Below are positions 11,792-24,000 of a stretch of 64,000 nt of DNA, in pieces. The DNA lies in the NCBI GenBank assembly GCA_000708835.1, contig DF237165.1, positions 73,573 through 137,572 on the forward strand, written 5' to 3'. Numbering within the stretch: position 1 is the stretch's first letter; each line of letters starts with the position of its first letter. The stretch comes from Klebsormidium nitens. Its lineage: Eukaryota > Plantae > Klebsormidiophyceae. The notes below the pieces were generated by a model. That model saw only the letters and a list, made by a program, of their open reading frames with translations, had not been told where the DNA came from and made no database searches. Made by a program: the position numbers and the translations under genes.

Positions 11792-14700
11792 ATGACAGGG
11801 CCCCAGGTGGCGACCGTTGGTGAGGGCACAAGGTGGACAGGGGCTCACATGGCTTGTCTGATCATGACAGAGGTCGACCAGGTGATTGCGATGATGAGGC
11901 AGGACGCACAGTGGGCTGATGTTCCAAGGAACCTGGTAAGCTTTGCGCCTTTGCCATATCAGTGCTTCAAACGCGGGATGATGACAAAGGGAGAGTCCTG
12001 TGTTTTTGGAGGAAGTATGTGGGTACTGAAGATTGTCCATTGGTTTTGACGCCAAAAGTCAAGCACTTCCACCAGCTTGATGTGTCCTGCGCAATTCAAA
12101 GGGTCGGTTGGGGATTTTTTTGGAACCTGAAGCTGGCAAAACAATTCAGCCTTAAATATTTTGGTGAAGCAGAATTGTTGCTCTCTGCGCTGCTGTCGTT
12201 CAAAAGTCTCTGATTTTGGGTGGCACTTCTTGTTATCAGTTTTTAAAGACATCTCAAACTCTAGGCAGAATTCGGGCACGCTTTTGGGGTGACTACACGT
12301 TTTGCTGGAATGGAGCAGTCAACATATTGCAGTCATGTCGATGCAGAGTTGAGATTTTCGAAGCTTGTTGACTATATTGCCAACGTGTTGTGCTGCAAAC
12401 GGCCAATGCGATATCCGTCGTTATTGATTTCCTGGCCATTAAACTTCTAGAAACCCATGCCAATCTTGTTGTAATCAATGACAGTGGTCTTGGAATGATA
12501 TACCGGTCTCATTCATCTTTCTTCTATCGCAGGACGAGGCTGTTTGTGGAGGCCCTTTTCTACAGGAATTCAAAGATCTAAGTAGGGACATATTCGCATG
12601 GAAACGTAAGCGATTGTGTTCCCTTATAAAAATTTCAACGTGCTGCCTTATTTACTGCTGTTACTTTGACTGCCTCATGTGTTGCATAAAAACACCAGCT
12701 TGGTCATGAGCCAATTCTGTATGCACTGAGGTTCTCTGGAACTGGTGACCAAAAGCAAGGACCGTGATTCAAGTTCTTACAGCAAAGCGGTGCCATGTGC
12801 GTGCTAGATATTCATGTGTGCACTTTACCGGTCTCTTCCGGTACCAGCTCGTGGGAGAGACATTGACATGACCTGGACAATCCTACAAGAGTTGGATTCC
12901 TGTTTTTGTGATCGTCAGATTCCCCGTATAATTATACTTATTCCTTACGAGTGGAAAATTGATGGGTTGATGGTGTCAGACAAATCATCCTCGGTCCAAC
13001 CTTTAATTACTTCAAGAAAGACTTCGCCCCGAGAATGCTACTTGCCGCCAGCTCAGAAGTCTGCGACTAGCTTTTGCTCCTTGAAGAGTTGGCGCTGACA
13101 GCGTTTGCGTTTCTTGCAGATTGGGCGACAGTGAAGCCCATGGACTATCTGGCCCCTTTCCTTGGGCTGATTCGCTCCAAGGAGACAAGCGCCCCTGTCA
13201 CAGGAGTAGCACTCCTGGCAGTCTACAAGATAGTGACATTTGAGATGTTCCGTGAGTCCTCAAATTGGATGATTTTCTTTGTTTACTTTGACCTGATCAG
13301 ATTCTGCAATAAGCTCAATTGTGCAGAAGAAACAGTCGTTGAACAAACTTGGAAGTCATGAGGGTATGTGAGAGAGCTTGTGACAAGCACTTATTTTTGA
13401 CCCATTGAACTTGGAACCGAACGGTAGGACTGTCACACCAAGGTGTAGCACAACGGAGATTCGTACTTCTTTTCCAATTTTTTGTAAGATTTTGGCTTGA
13501 CTGTACAGTGTGAGAGTCTATCTGTAATCCTTTGGACCAAATAAAGGTTTCAGCTGCTCTGTCGATTCGAGATGTAAAGACATGGCACCCATGTAACCTG
13601 AGAGTTAGTAGGTTTTGCATGTACATGGACCAAAGAGGCTGGGCACTTTCATGTAACGAAACACAAGAAGTAAACTTTTCCGAAGACTGACATCGTGCAA
13701 ATCCTTTCAGACAAGGAGTCGGTCGACGCGGCTGAGGCAATGCATCTGATCGTGGATGCGGTGACGGGCTGCGAATTCAGAGCGAGTGACCCAGCATCTG
13801 AGGAATTTGTCCTTTTGCAGATCGGACAGGTGAGCAGCGTCAATTCCTGCTGATCGTAATTCGGTGAACGTGCTGTCTTGTTCACTGAGTTAAAGCAACG
13901 CCTTCTATGTCTCCTGCCCACAAAATAAAAGCGGGAAGCGTCAAGCAACACATGGTGGGTTCCTGCCTTTGTCCACTTGAGATAGGAAATAGGAGGTACT
14001 ATAATGAATGGCAGCCCAGGCGTCACTTGAAAATCGAGTGGACTAGAGTGATCATCAATTCCATTTGTGCTCTGAGTAAAAGAGAAGGAGGGTCAAGGTT
14101 GGAGGGACTGTGATCTGTCCTCGAATCATTGATTTCGCAAAAGCGCGGTTCAAAACTTGGTCTTTGAAACTGTCCTTGTGCTCATCCAAGGAGTCAACCG
14201 CTGACGCTTCATTCTTTGCAGGTCCTGTTGGCGTGCCTCAGGTGCGGGGCGGGCCCGCTGCTGAGGAACGCTGACGTGATCAACATCATCAACACGTGCC
14301 TGCATGTGGCCTTCGCCAAAGGCAAGCTGCTGCAGCGCATGATATGCCAGACGATGCAGGATATTGTCCGTGCCATCTTCGGCAGGTGAGGCGGCTGGGA
14401 CAAAAAGAAACGCGTCGTCCACTGACTTCGGTCGCAGTGCGAGGGACAAGTCCAAGGAAATGTGGTTTTCAGAATTCGTACGCAGCGTGAGGCAACAAGC
14501 TAGTGACAATTGGAAGACAGTGCTCTTTGTTGAAGCATCTCTATGGTTCGATGCGAGATGTTCACCAGATGCCCAAAGTATCTCGGTGCTTCCAACTTAC
14601 GTTTAAGGTTTCTGTGCCCTCCTAGCAAGTTGCTAAATCATCACTCCTCGTCTTTCCAGGCTTCACGAATTCGGGCCCGCAGAGGATGGCCTCCCTAGAG

Positions 14701-17700
14701 TAGATGCCACGGATCTCGACACAGATGTAACCTCCTCGGGGGAGGCTACGGCTTCGGCGCCTGCCAAGAGCTCTGCTAGATCTGACGGGAATGAAAGAAC
14801 CGCAAACAGGACGGACGCAGGAATCCCTGTCCGGTCTCTGTCCAAGTCTTCAGACGGTCCAGCGGGAGCGTCCGAAACGGCCGATTCGAGCCGACTTGGT
14901 GCCGGGCCAGAAAGAGTGCCGGCGTCTGCGGAGATTGGCAATGGTCCGCAGGAGCTGTCACAAACGAGTCCATACGGCCTGCCGTGTCTGGTGGAAGTAC
15001 TTCGGCTCCTGTGTTCGCTAATTGTGCCCGACAGAAAGTCCTCGCAGCACGAGGTAAGCCGTGCCATTTGCAGCCCGTAGATTTCAATTCTCCTTAGGTG
15101 GCAGGCCTCCGCAAAGTCGGGAAAGGGCCTGTCGAAGCTGTGTCTTGATCGTCATCTCTCCGTTTCTCGTCTCATCAAAGTCGTCCGTTGCTTACAGATA
15201 CGCCTTTTCCGTAGGCTCGCTCCGACAGCAGCCAGAAACAATTTCACCGGGCTCGAACAACATCCGTCCGGTTGCCCAAAGAATAGCAATTGAATGCTGA
15301 CCCCTTCTCTGCTTTACAGGACCGAACTCAGTTTGGCCTGGCGCTGCTGAGCGCTGCCATCGAGGTCGCGGGGGGCTCCTGCGAGAGGCACCCGCGCATT
15401 CTGGCCCTGGTCACGGACGACCTGTTCCGGAACCTAATGCAGGCGGGGCAGTCGAGCAACCTGCTGGTGCTGTCGCTGGTGTCGAGCATCGTACGGGGGC
15501 TCTACTGGCACTTCAAGCGTCATCTCAAGCTGCAGATGGCAGCCTTCTTCGAGAACGTCGTACTTCGAGCCGCCCAGGTAGGGCCCGACTCAGTGGTTGT
15601 GGCGAACGGCATGCTCGCGCTGGTGGTCTCGTCTTGTTTCAGCATGTGAGAACGCATGGTCGATAGTTGATTGCCTGTTTGAGAAGCTCCCTCGACGACT
15701 AGCTTCGAAGCAGTATGTCTTTCTACTTGGCCATTAGCCAGGGCTATGCTCAAAGCCGCTTGTACCATCGTATCTAACCTTCCGTTCAAGCAGAGCGCGA
15801 AAGGCTCGCTTGGGCGTGCTTGACGTATCGGGAGTCAGTACGAGTAAGGGTGATGTTAGGATTGGATGTTCAAGTGATGGGCATGCTAATAGATATCATA
15901 TAGACTTGCTTTGCATGACCAGATGATGATGCCCACGTATTCCGCAGGGAGGGTATCACCAGCAAGAGGCGGCACTGGAGATCCTACAAGACTTTTGCCG
16001 ACAGCCGTCCTTCATATCTGAGATGTACGCCAACGCTGACGGTGACATCACCTGCGGCAACACCTTTGGTAAGGCCGGGCCGAGTTTTGAATTTGCAGGG
16101 GAGCAATTGGTCTTATCTATTTCGTGACCAAACGCCTCGTCTTTGCCACAAGAAGTGGATGATGCTTGCCGATACAAAGTGATTCTGTAACGAGCTTCTC
16201 TATAATAGATCCTCTGATGATTTGCGTCTTATTCCTGCTGGTATCTTGTGTCCGCCCTGTCCTGGCTCTTCCTATTAAAATTCGTGTAGACAAGTTATGT
16301 TGAAGCAACTCAGGTCATGACACTATTGGTCACCGTGGTAGAATTTTGAGAGCCCCGTGAATGAAATAGACGAAGGATCCGTGGTTCGGATGAACCGTTC
16401 CTTGTAGCTTTACAGCACGTAATCGAAGCCTTTCTTTTTGGCTCGCTGCAGAAAACCTGAGCAACCTTCTGTCCAAGAATGCTTTCCCAGACAAAGCCAC
16501 CCTCTCCGCGCTGAACCTGCTGTCTTTCGAAGGGCTGCTGGCCGTCGTTCAGTGCATGGCCGACCGGGCAGACAACGCGTCAGGTAATGCGTTGCACTGT
16601 CCTGCGCTCCTACCTTGTAAAACTGGTCGTGTATGTTCGGACACGATTTTCAGCGCATGTCCGAGTATGCATCTTACTCTCGACGGGGGTGTAAGGGGTA
16701 GCAGAGAGGTCCCAACCTCGTTTTGGGAGACGGAAAAGGTCTCGTATTCTAAAATGTTTCAAGTTACAAACTACGACCATCGCAATGCATCGTGGCTTCC
16801 TTTTCAAGGCTCTTTTGCTACTTTTTGAACGACAGTCTTTATTGTCAACCTCCATGCCTCATCCTGCAAGTACTCTCAAAAGTTTGCTTATGTCTCTGGC
16901 GTTATATGCCTTGGAACATACAACTTTGGAATGAAGAGACGAAGAGCAGGAGGCTTCACTTTGAAGCATAAGGGCACTCAAACGGTTCTCTCAACGTGTC
17001 TCGGCGCAGTCAGCGGCTCTTCGAGCTCAGAGTACAACCTGGCGGAGGTCCCGCACTTTTGGACCCTCAATTGCGACAACTGGGAGGACCCTGAGGTGTG
17101 GGTCGAGTTCCTAAGGCGGCAAAAGTATGTAAAGAGGCGGCTCATGATTGGAGCGGACCACTTCAACCGAGACCCCATTAGGGTGAGCCATCCTTCTTTC
17201 AGTGCCTTTTGGAGTCCTTCTTAGTCTAACGTGCCAAAGTTGACTCGGTAAGGCACAAGCTTCCGCGCGTTGCACCACTCTCTAGCACCAGCAAGAAGTA
17301 GTTCAGTGGCTACGGATTGTGGACTGTGGACTTCCTTGCATGTGGCGGAATTTGAATCTTTCAGGCGAGGCTCATTCTTCAGGAACAAGAGCACTGCGCA
17401 GATCCTCGTCCTTCATTAGTTGCTTACTGCAGAGCGACTTGCATTATAAAGAAGTCCTCTTCTTCCGATCAGAGCCTGTCTGCTAACAATCATATCATGC
17501 CCGTTTGCAGGGGCTAGAATTCCTTCAGAACGTCCACCTCCTTCCTGAGCAGCTAGACCCAGCCAGTGTCGCCTTCTTCCTGTACTTGACGCCTGGGCTT
17601 GACAAGGTTGGCATTCTCGACCAACTTTTTATGCAGAACAGCATAATCATATCTTTACTAGGATCTGCATGAAAGATGTGCACGTGTCGCATCGTCAACA

Positions 17701-20700
17701 AAGGGGCTTTCTTGTTGCATCAACTGATGCATTTGCGGCTTGTTCCTCTTGCTTATGAGGGGCGTCAAGGCCGCTTTCCCTCATTGCCGTTGTTTTCGAA
17801 GGCGCCCAGTCGGGTCGCCGGCTCTTGATCGTTGAGATATGTTACTGATATGTACATTTCGAGCGCTGGCTAAAGGACGACCCGTCGTAACAACATCTAC
17901 TCCTTCCAACTTGCAGAACGTTTTGGGGGATTACCTCAGCTCGTCTGACTCGTTCAACATCAGCATCCTGGAGTGCTTCACGAAGCAGTTCAACTTCACG
18001 GGGATGGCCCTCGACGGCGCCCTGCGCACGTACCTGGAGGCGTTCCGGCTGCCTGGGGAGGCGCAGAAGATCAGCAGGGTGCTCGAGTCATTCGCATCTC
18101 ACTACTACGAGCAGTGTCCACAGGCAAGGCCTAAAGCTGCAAGTGTGGTTGTTCCAGACCTGTGTGGTGCCAGAAACAGATGCCGCACAGGGAGTTTGCC
18201 TGCTGCTCACGAACGAGTTGTCCCGTCTGTGAACTTGTCTTTCAAACCGTTCCTCGAATGCGTTGTCCTCTGCTTAAAGCCCTTCGAATTAGATGCCGCA
18301 CAGGGAATTTGCCTGCTGCTCACGAACGAGTTGTCCTGTCTATGAACGTGTCTTTCAAAACGTTCCTCGAATGCGTTGTCCTCTGGTTAAACCCCTTCGA
18401 ATTGGTGGTCTCCTTCTGAATGCACGCCTCGAACGGCAACGTTAGTTTGCAGTTACATGATGCCAACGTGCACGCTTGTGTAAAATCTCTGGCGGATTTT
18501 GTCAGAGTGTTTACGTGCTCTATCTCCTCGGGCTGCCCGCAGGTATTTGCTCATGAGGACGTTGTCTCTGCGCTCTCACACTCAGTTCTCATGCTTAACT
18601 CAAACCTGCACACCAAAAAGGTGGGCGTACTCCCGCTTAACTTGTCTTTTCCACAGTAAAGGTCGTAGATTGCAGGCCCGTTCAGGAGTAGGCCACTTTC
18701 AACCCTTGGTCTAGTGAGTGGCAGCTTGGAAGTGCCGATTGAGGTGTATATGCAGGCATCATGGTGACCGCAGATGCTGAAGTTGAAAGATCCAACGGCT
18801 CTCGTGAGGCCTGCAGATGATAATGTGCTCCTATTTTGTCTTTTGAACGAAACCTCAAATTCGACAGTTTACCGGGTAACGTTCCGAAAGGTGCCCGATA
18901 GGCTTCAGCATGTTATCCCTTTATAAGGCAGCTGCTTATTCTGACGTCGAGTGCCGTTGCTGTGCCTAGGTAACGCGGAAGGTGACAGAGGAAGACTTCA
19001 TCCGAAGCAATCAAAAGATCAACGTCGGGAAGGAGCTGCCTCGAGAGATGCTCACACAGCTGTACCGGTCGATTGCAGAAAACGGTGAGTAAGCAGCACG
19101 ATTCAGAGCGATGATTGATATCCTCAGCTGTGAAGCTTCGGGTAACAAAAGCGAGCAACGTTTCTAGCACTTTGCTTCTTCCTACAAGACGAGAGTTGGC
19201 ATGCAGAGTGTAAACTTGCGACGGGTCTTGGAAACTGGGTCATGAAAAGCTGAATGCTCTGACCTTCTTCCATCCCGTCGAAGGGTACCCGCGGACGGAA
19301 CAAGGTACTGAATTGATAGTGGCAGCTTAAGCACGTATTGTCGAATTGAATGCTATCTTTCCATGCACCCAGCGGCGTTACTATATAGATCCTCGGAGCC
19401 CAAGCAACCTGCCTACCTGAGGCCTTCCTTTGCGACTCTTTTCTTCGCGAAAGGACGATCCTATACACGAATTCCCTGGTCTGCCAGAAAACACGCTGAG
19501 CCCTCATCCTTGCTTGTCGCAGAGATCCCCGTGTCGAGCGAGAGCCTGGTTGCAGAGCCCAGCATGACGCACGGCCGGTGGCTAGATTTGCTGCGGCGCT
19601 CCCAGGCCACGACGCCCTTCCTCTCCTGCGACCCAACCGAGCCGCTGCTCGACCGCGACATGTTCTCCGTCATCTGGGGGCCAGCGATCGCAGCCATCTC
19701 AGCTGGTAAGGAACCGTCTCTGCTTCCAAGAACGGGGTTAGTAGGCCCGGTGCATTTTCAGCCAGATGCAAACGGTCGCATGGGTCGTTTGACCAGAATC
19801 CAGTGAGCTGCAGGAGCACCACTTTCTCCGAGTGACCCTATTGGCAAGTAAAAAAGGTGGTATTAATACCAGGAGTGTAATTATTGTGATCCTTTCAAGC
19901 CCTTCGACATAGGGTGCACTCTTCGGTCCTGCTGCGCTGGCTGTTTGCTTTGACAACAGAAGGCGTCTCGTCTTCACGTGATTTATTGCCGCCTCGTGCA
20001 AAAGGGTTGATGCTGCACAACATCTAACTACCGCCTTCTGCTTGTGCCGCAGTGTTTGATCACGCGGAGAAAGCGGACACGCTCCAGCAGTGCGTGGCCG
20101 GCTTTCTTGCCGCGGCCAAGATCTCAGCGGCGCATCATATGAGTGACGTCCTGGACAACCTGGTGGTTGATCTCTGCAAGTTCATCACGCCCTTCGGCGA
20201 TGAGAGGCCTGCCACTGAGAACACCAAGGTGCGTTTCAGGCAGTCGTTGAGATTGCAATTTCCAGGTTTCATCGACGGGCATATTCGAGCACTTGAACAA
20301 GGATGAGCGGGAGCGGGCCACCGTCGTCACAAAGGATTTTGGAAATGTCGAGAAATCGCTCTTTGCTTTCATGTTGTTCTGAGCATACCGTCCAATGAAG
20401 TATTCTGAGTTAGTGAGTTCTGCATGACCCAGTGATCGGCCTGAAATTCTCGTCCACATATGCAAGCATGTCGATTCTCCGCTGCACTTGTGCTACATCA
20501 GATTCCACGGGCTTGTGCCAACAAGCCTTCGGCCTCTGGCGATGTGCAGGCCCGCATGGCAGCTACCGCTGTTTCTGAGATTGTCGACCGTCATGGTGAC
20601 ATGATCCGCAGCGGGCGGCGAAGGTCCATCGAGTCAATACTTCGACTGCACAAGCTGGGCCTACCGTCAACCACGAACGACCCGTCACAAGATGGTCAGA

Positions 20701-21062
20701 ACCAGCCCAGCGACAGCCGAGAAGGTTGGTGTCTGGCAGCACTGCTTTCTGTGCGTCCGGAGTAGATGGAAACGCAGGAAAGGAGGACAAGCGAAGTACA
20801 CCAGCTGTGTGGGGCCTACGATAGCGTCCGAGTTGGATGACTCGGCCGCAGGTCTTCAATGCTCGATCTGGGTAATCACGTCGTTTTCCAGTGTGGGATC
20901 CTAGGACTCGTCATGTGATGCGTGGGAGTGCTCGTATAGCATTGGTTTGACTTTTGAGAGTGTCCGTGCAGGGTTGTCCATCCTTGCCAATGCTGCTGCA
21001 GCGTCGGTTGTTGGCATTGAGATTGTGTCGGCCAGTCGGAACCGTGGGGGCAGCGCAGACAC
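11792..21062 (+). CDS. ARF-GEF module: 3'-truncated paralog of the downstream GNOM/GBF1-like gene (exons 1-18)
   Basis: Exons: 11792-11935, 12533-12605, 13120-13251, 13711-13829, 14222-14385, 14660-15053, 15320-15577, 15948-16068, 16452-16583, 17010-17182, 17511-17606, 17917-18123, 18543-18620, 18970-19084, 19523-19705, 20053-20228, 20550-20724, 20972-21062. Each matches the equivalent exon of 32612-47753 in phase; 14 of 18 have identical length and the other four differ by multiples of 3. Sec7 [10 protein letters not shown] is intact. Confidence 0.92.
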
Positions 21063-24000
21063 GTAAGATACTCCATACTGACGACTTAGCAAGCCCCAAA
21101 AGTGGTGGCAAATGCTGCAAAACCTCAGGCCTCCGGTCAATTGTCCCGCCATCATCTTGCTCCTTGCTGGATGCTTGCGCCTGAGGATACGTTGAATGCT
21201 TCATTATGTCTGCTTCGAGAACGGTCACAAGAACGTTGCGTCGATTTTGGCGTCTATCAACAGCTGCAGCTTTTGCTGAAAATGTATTTTTTCCAAAGGT
21301 CGAAGCTGAGACGAAATATGTTCCCCCGCAGCAACCGTGACCAGGAGCAGAGCCCCATTGATGCGCAACGCGGCTCTGCACGTGGTTCACTGAAGACCTC
21401 CCCGCCCAAGGCACGGAACGCGAAAGCTCTAAACCCGCTTACTCAGGCGTACATACCCCCAACCAGAAGGGCGAGCGGCTCACAGGACCTGCCCGCTTCA
21501 AAGCTATCCAACCTTGTGGAGAGTAAGACCCAACCCCAACTCAAGCCCCGGATCCGGACCCCATCTCCAACCCCAACTCAAGGTCATATCCAATCCAAGC
21601 CCCAAACCCAAACCCCATCCCCAAACCCAATCCAAACTCAATTCCAACCCGCTACCCCCACCCAAACCCAGCCTACCGTCAAAGTTCCTGAGCCGTCAAA
21701 GAGCGCGCTCAATGCGGATTCGCCCTCTTGGCAGCCCCCGTCAAAACTGGCCGCATCAGCCCTCAAAGGGTTAGCGTTGGGAGGAGCTCAAAACTCCCTT
21801 TCCAAGTCGCTGAGTATCCCAAGTGCGGACGCCCGGAAGAAGGACACGGACTGGGACGTGCAGCTTCCGGACGGTTTCGTGGAAGCGGCGGTCAGTCCGG
21901 TCGGGATATCAGACTCTGCATTTAACCTTTTAGGTCCGGAGGGGGAAGGAGAGAAAGGGGAAGCGGCGGTGAGAAGTTCGACTGGTGCCACGGAGAGAGA
22001 AGGGGCGGATGCAGCGCCAACGTCGGATGGGGCTAAGAACCAATCGGACAGCGTGGACCTTGGGTACGACGACCTGCCCGAGAATCTAGACGGACTGGCA
22101 GATGACGACATGTCGAATCTGGACGCGGTTCTCAACGCCGTCCCCGGGTTCAATCTTATCTCAGATGACGAGGATGACGATGATCACGCAGAGCAGAGCG
22201 GAGGCGACCACGAAAACGGTTCAGATTCCCGCGCTGCTCATTTTCACGGGGCTCACTCGGCAAACGGAGGTCCAAATGGGAGGCCATCATCAAAGGAGAC
22301 CGGGAAAGGGTGGTTGGCCGTACTGGAAAGTAGAAAAGCGACGCAGGCAGAAACTAGTGGACGGGAGACTCCAATCGCAACGGAAGGGAAACAAATGAAA
22401 AGACAGGAGGAACCTGATATGAAGGCAAAGGAGGGGCGGAAACCGGACGAAGCAGAGCGGCGGCCAGCGGAAACAGCGGGACCCACTTGGCGGCAGGAGA
22501 CGAAGGCGCCAGAACCGCTGGAGTGGCGGAAGCGCCAAACGGCGCAGTCCTCTCATTGGCGAGATGACCGGCGGTGGACTCCGCCGGTAGACCCTAGAAA
22601 ACCGTTTGGGGAGGCGAATCCACTAAGCGCAGGCAGCCCTGCGGGTGGAGCTCCTAGGGGGGGCTTTGTGAGCCAGCTCATTTTGCAGCCGCCCGAGAAA
22701 CCGAAGCAGCCTCCGGAGGTGCGGGAAAGGCTGCCAGCTGGCATGGCACCTCGGGAGCCCTCTTCCCGGACTCCGCTTTTAAAAGCATTCAGCAGCCAGT
22801 TGGCGAGCGTCCCCACCCCCCCTCCAGAGGCTGGGCCTGCCGGCAGGCTAGCACAGCCCAACAACGCGGGCGCGTCTGTCCCGCCCGGCTTTTCCAAACC
22901 CCTTCCCGCCACCGAGCGTGCTCCGCCCGCTGTTGCCCCGTCCCAGCCAATATCGAGCACACGAGAAGTTGTGTCCGATAGCGAACCCCGTTCCTCCAGC
23001 CCGCTCGCTGGTGCGCCGCTCAGCAAACCCGGCGTCCCCTCTCGGTTAGTCCTGTCCCGGGTGCTGGTGAAGCGAACGGTCGTTCAGGAAGGACACAATC
23101 TCGGCCCTCCGGCGGAGTCGCCCGTTTGTCAGGATGCGGAGGTGCACGTGGATAAGCGGAGTCAGCTCCACCTCCGGGCAGTGGCGGAGCTTGGCAGCGG
23201 GCCGAACGGACAGCTTCAGGATCTGCCGTCCTGGCTGGGACGTCCGGTAGACCTTTCGGACGGTCCAAAAGGCTTCTTCGAAGCCGTTCCTAAGGTGTCA
23301 GATGACGTTTCGCGGCCCGTATCTGGTCTGTCCAGCTCGGAAAGACGAAGTGCAATTGCGGAGAACCCTGCTAGCGCAGGGGCGCCAGAGGGTGACACGT
23401 GGAGGACGGGGGGTGGGGAGCGGCAAGCGCAGCAGCCGTGGCGAGTGCCGTTCGTTGAGTCTGGTGGAGGCGAAACGAAGCTGAGGGCTGCCGTGGTGAG
23501 CTAGCGTGTTATTTTTCTGGTCGTTCGAGGTCCCGGCCAAGTTCTGGCACTCAGATGCATGCTAACAGGGTCCAAGTCGTTGGGAAGAGTTTAGCTTTCT
23601 CATGTCTCACTTCCTGATTGTTGCGTTCCTCTTTTTCTCAGTGTCCGTGAGTCCCCGCTGGTTGTCGTTCCACCAAAAAAATCCGTGTGACTGACTTGGA
23701 AGGTGTTTCTTTTTCGGATGGATTGAAGTGCTATTCCGACTTTAACCAAAACATTCTGGAAAGTGATATACACTCAAAAGGTTTCAGTGAGGGACTGCCG
23801 AAGGGGAACGTGTGCAAGTTATTATGTGCCAACTCGATACCAAGTGCAGGTTTCTCAAAGAGATGCTGCTGCGCTCACTCTGAGACATTTGTCCGTTGCC
23901 AAAACCGAGGAAACCCTTCGTTTGATTTTGGGCCTGTGAGATCCGCAGCACGTTCTGTATAGAGAACTTGCACTTGTAACGTTGCTCTTCTCCAGGTCCT

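Noticed and set aside
11792-21062. Interpretation of the first ARF-GEF copy as a pseudogene
   Set aside because: All 18 exons are open, splice sites are retained, indels are multiples of three and the catalytic Glu is intact, despite divergence of the introns.
21102-21331. N-terminal extension of the 800-aa ORF from the ORF track
   Set aside because: GTG-initiated, compositionally intron-like and lying between a strong donor (21063) and acceptor (21331); treated as intron.
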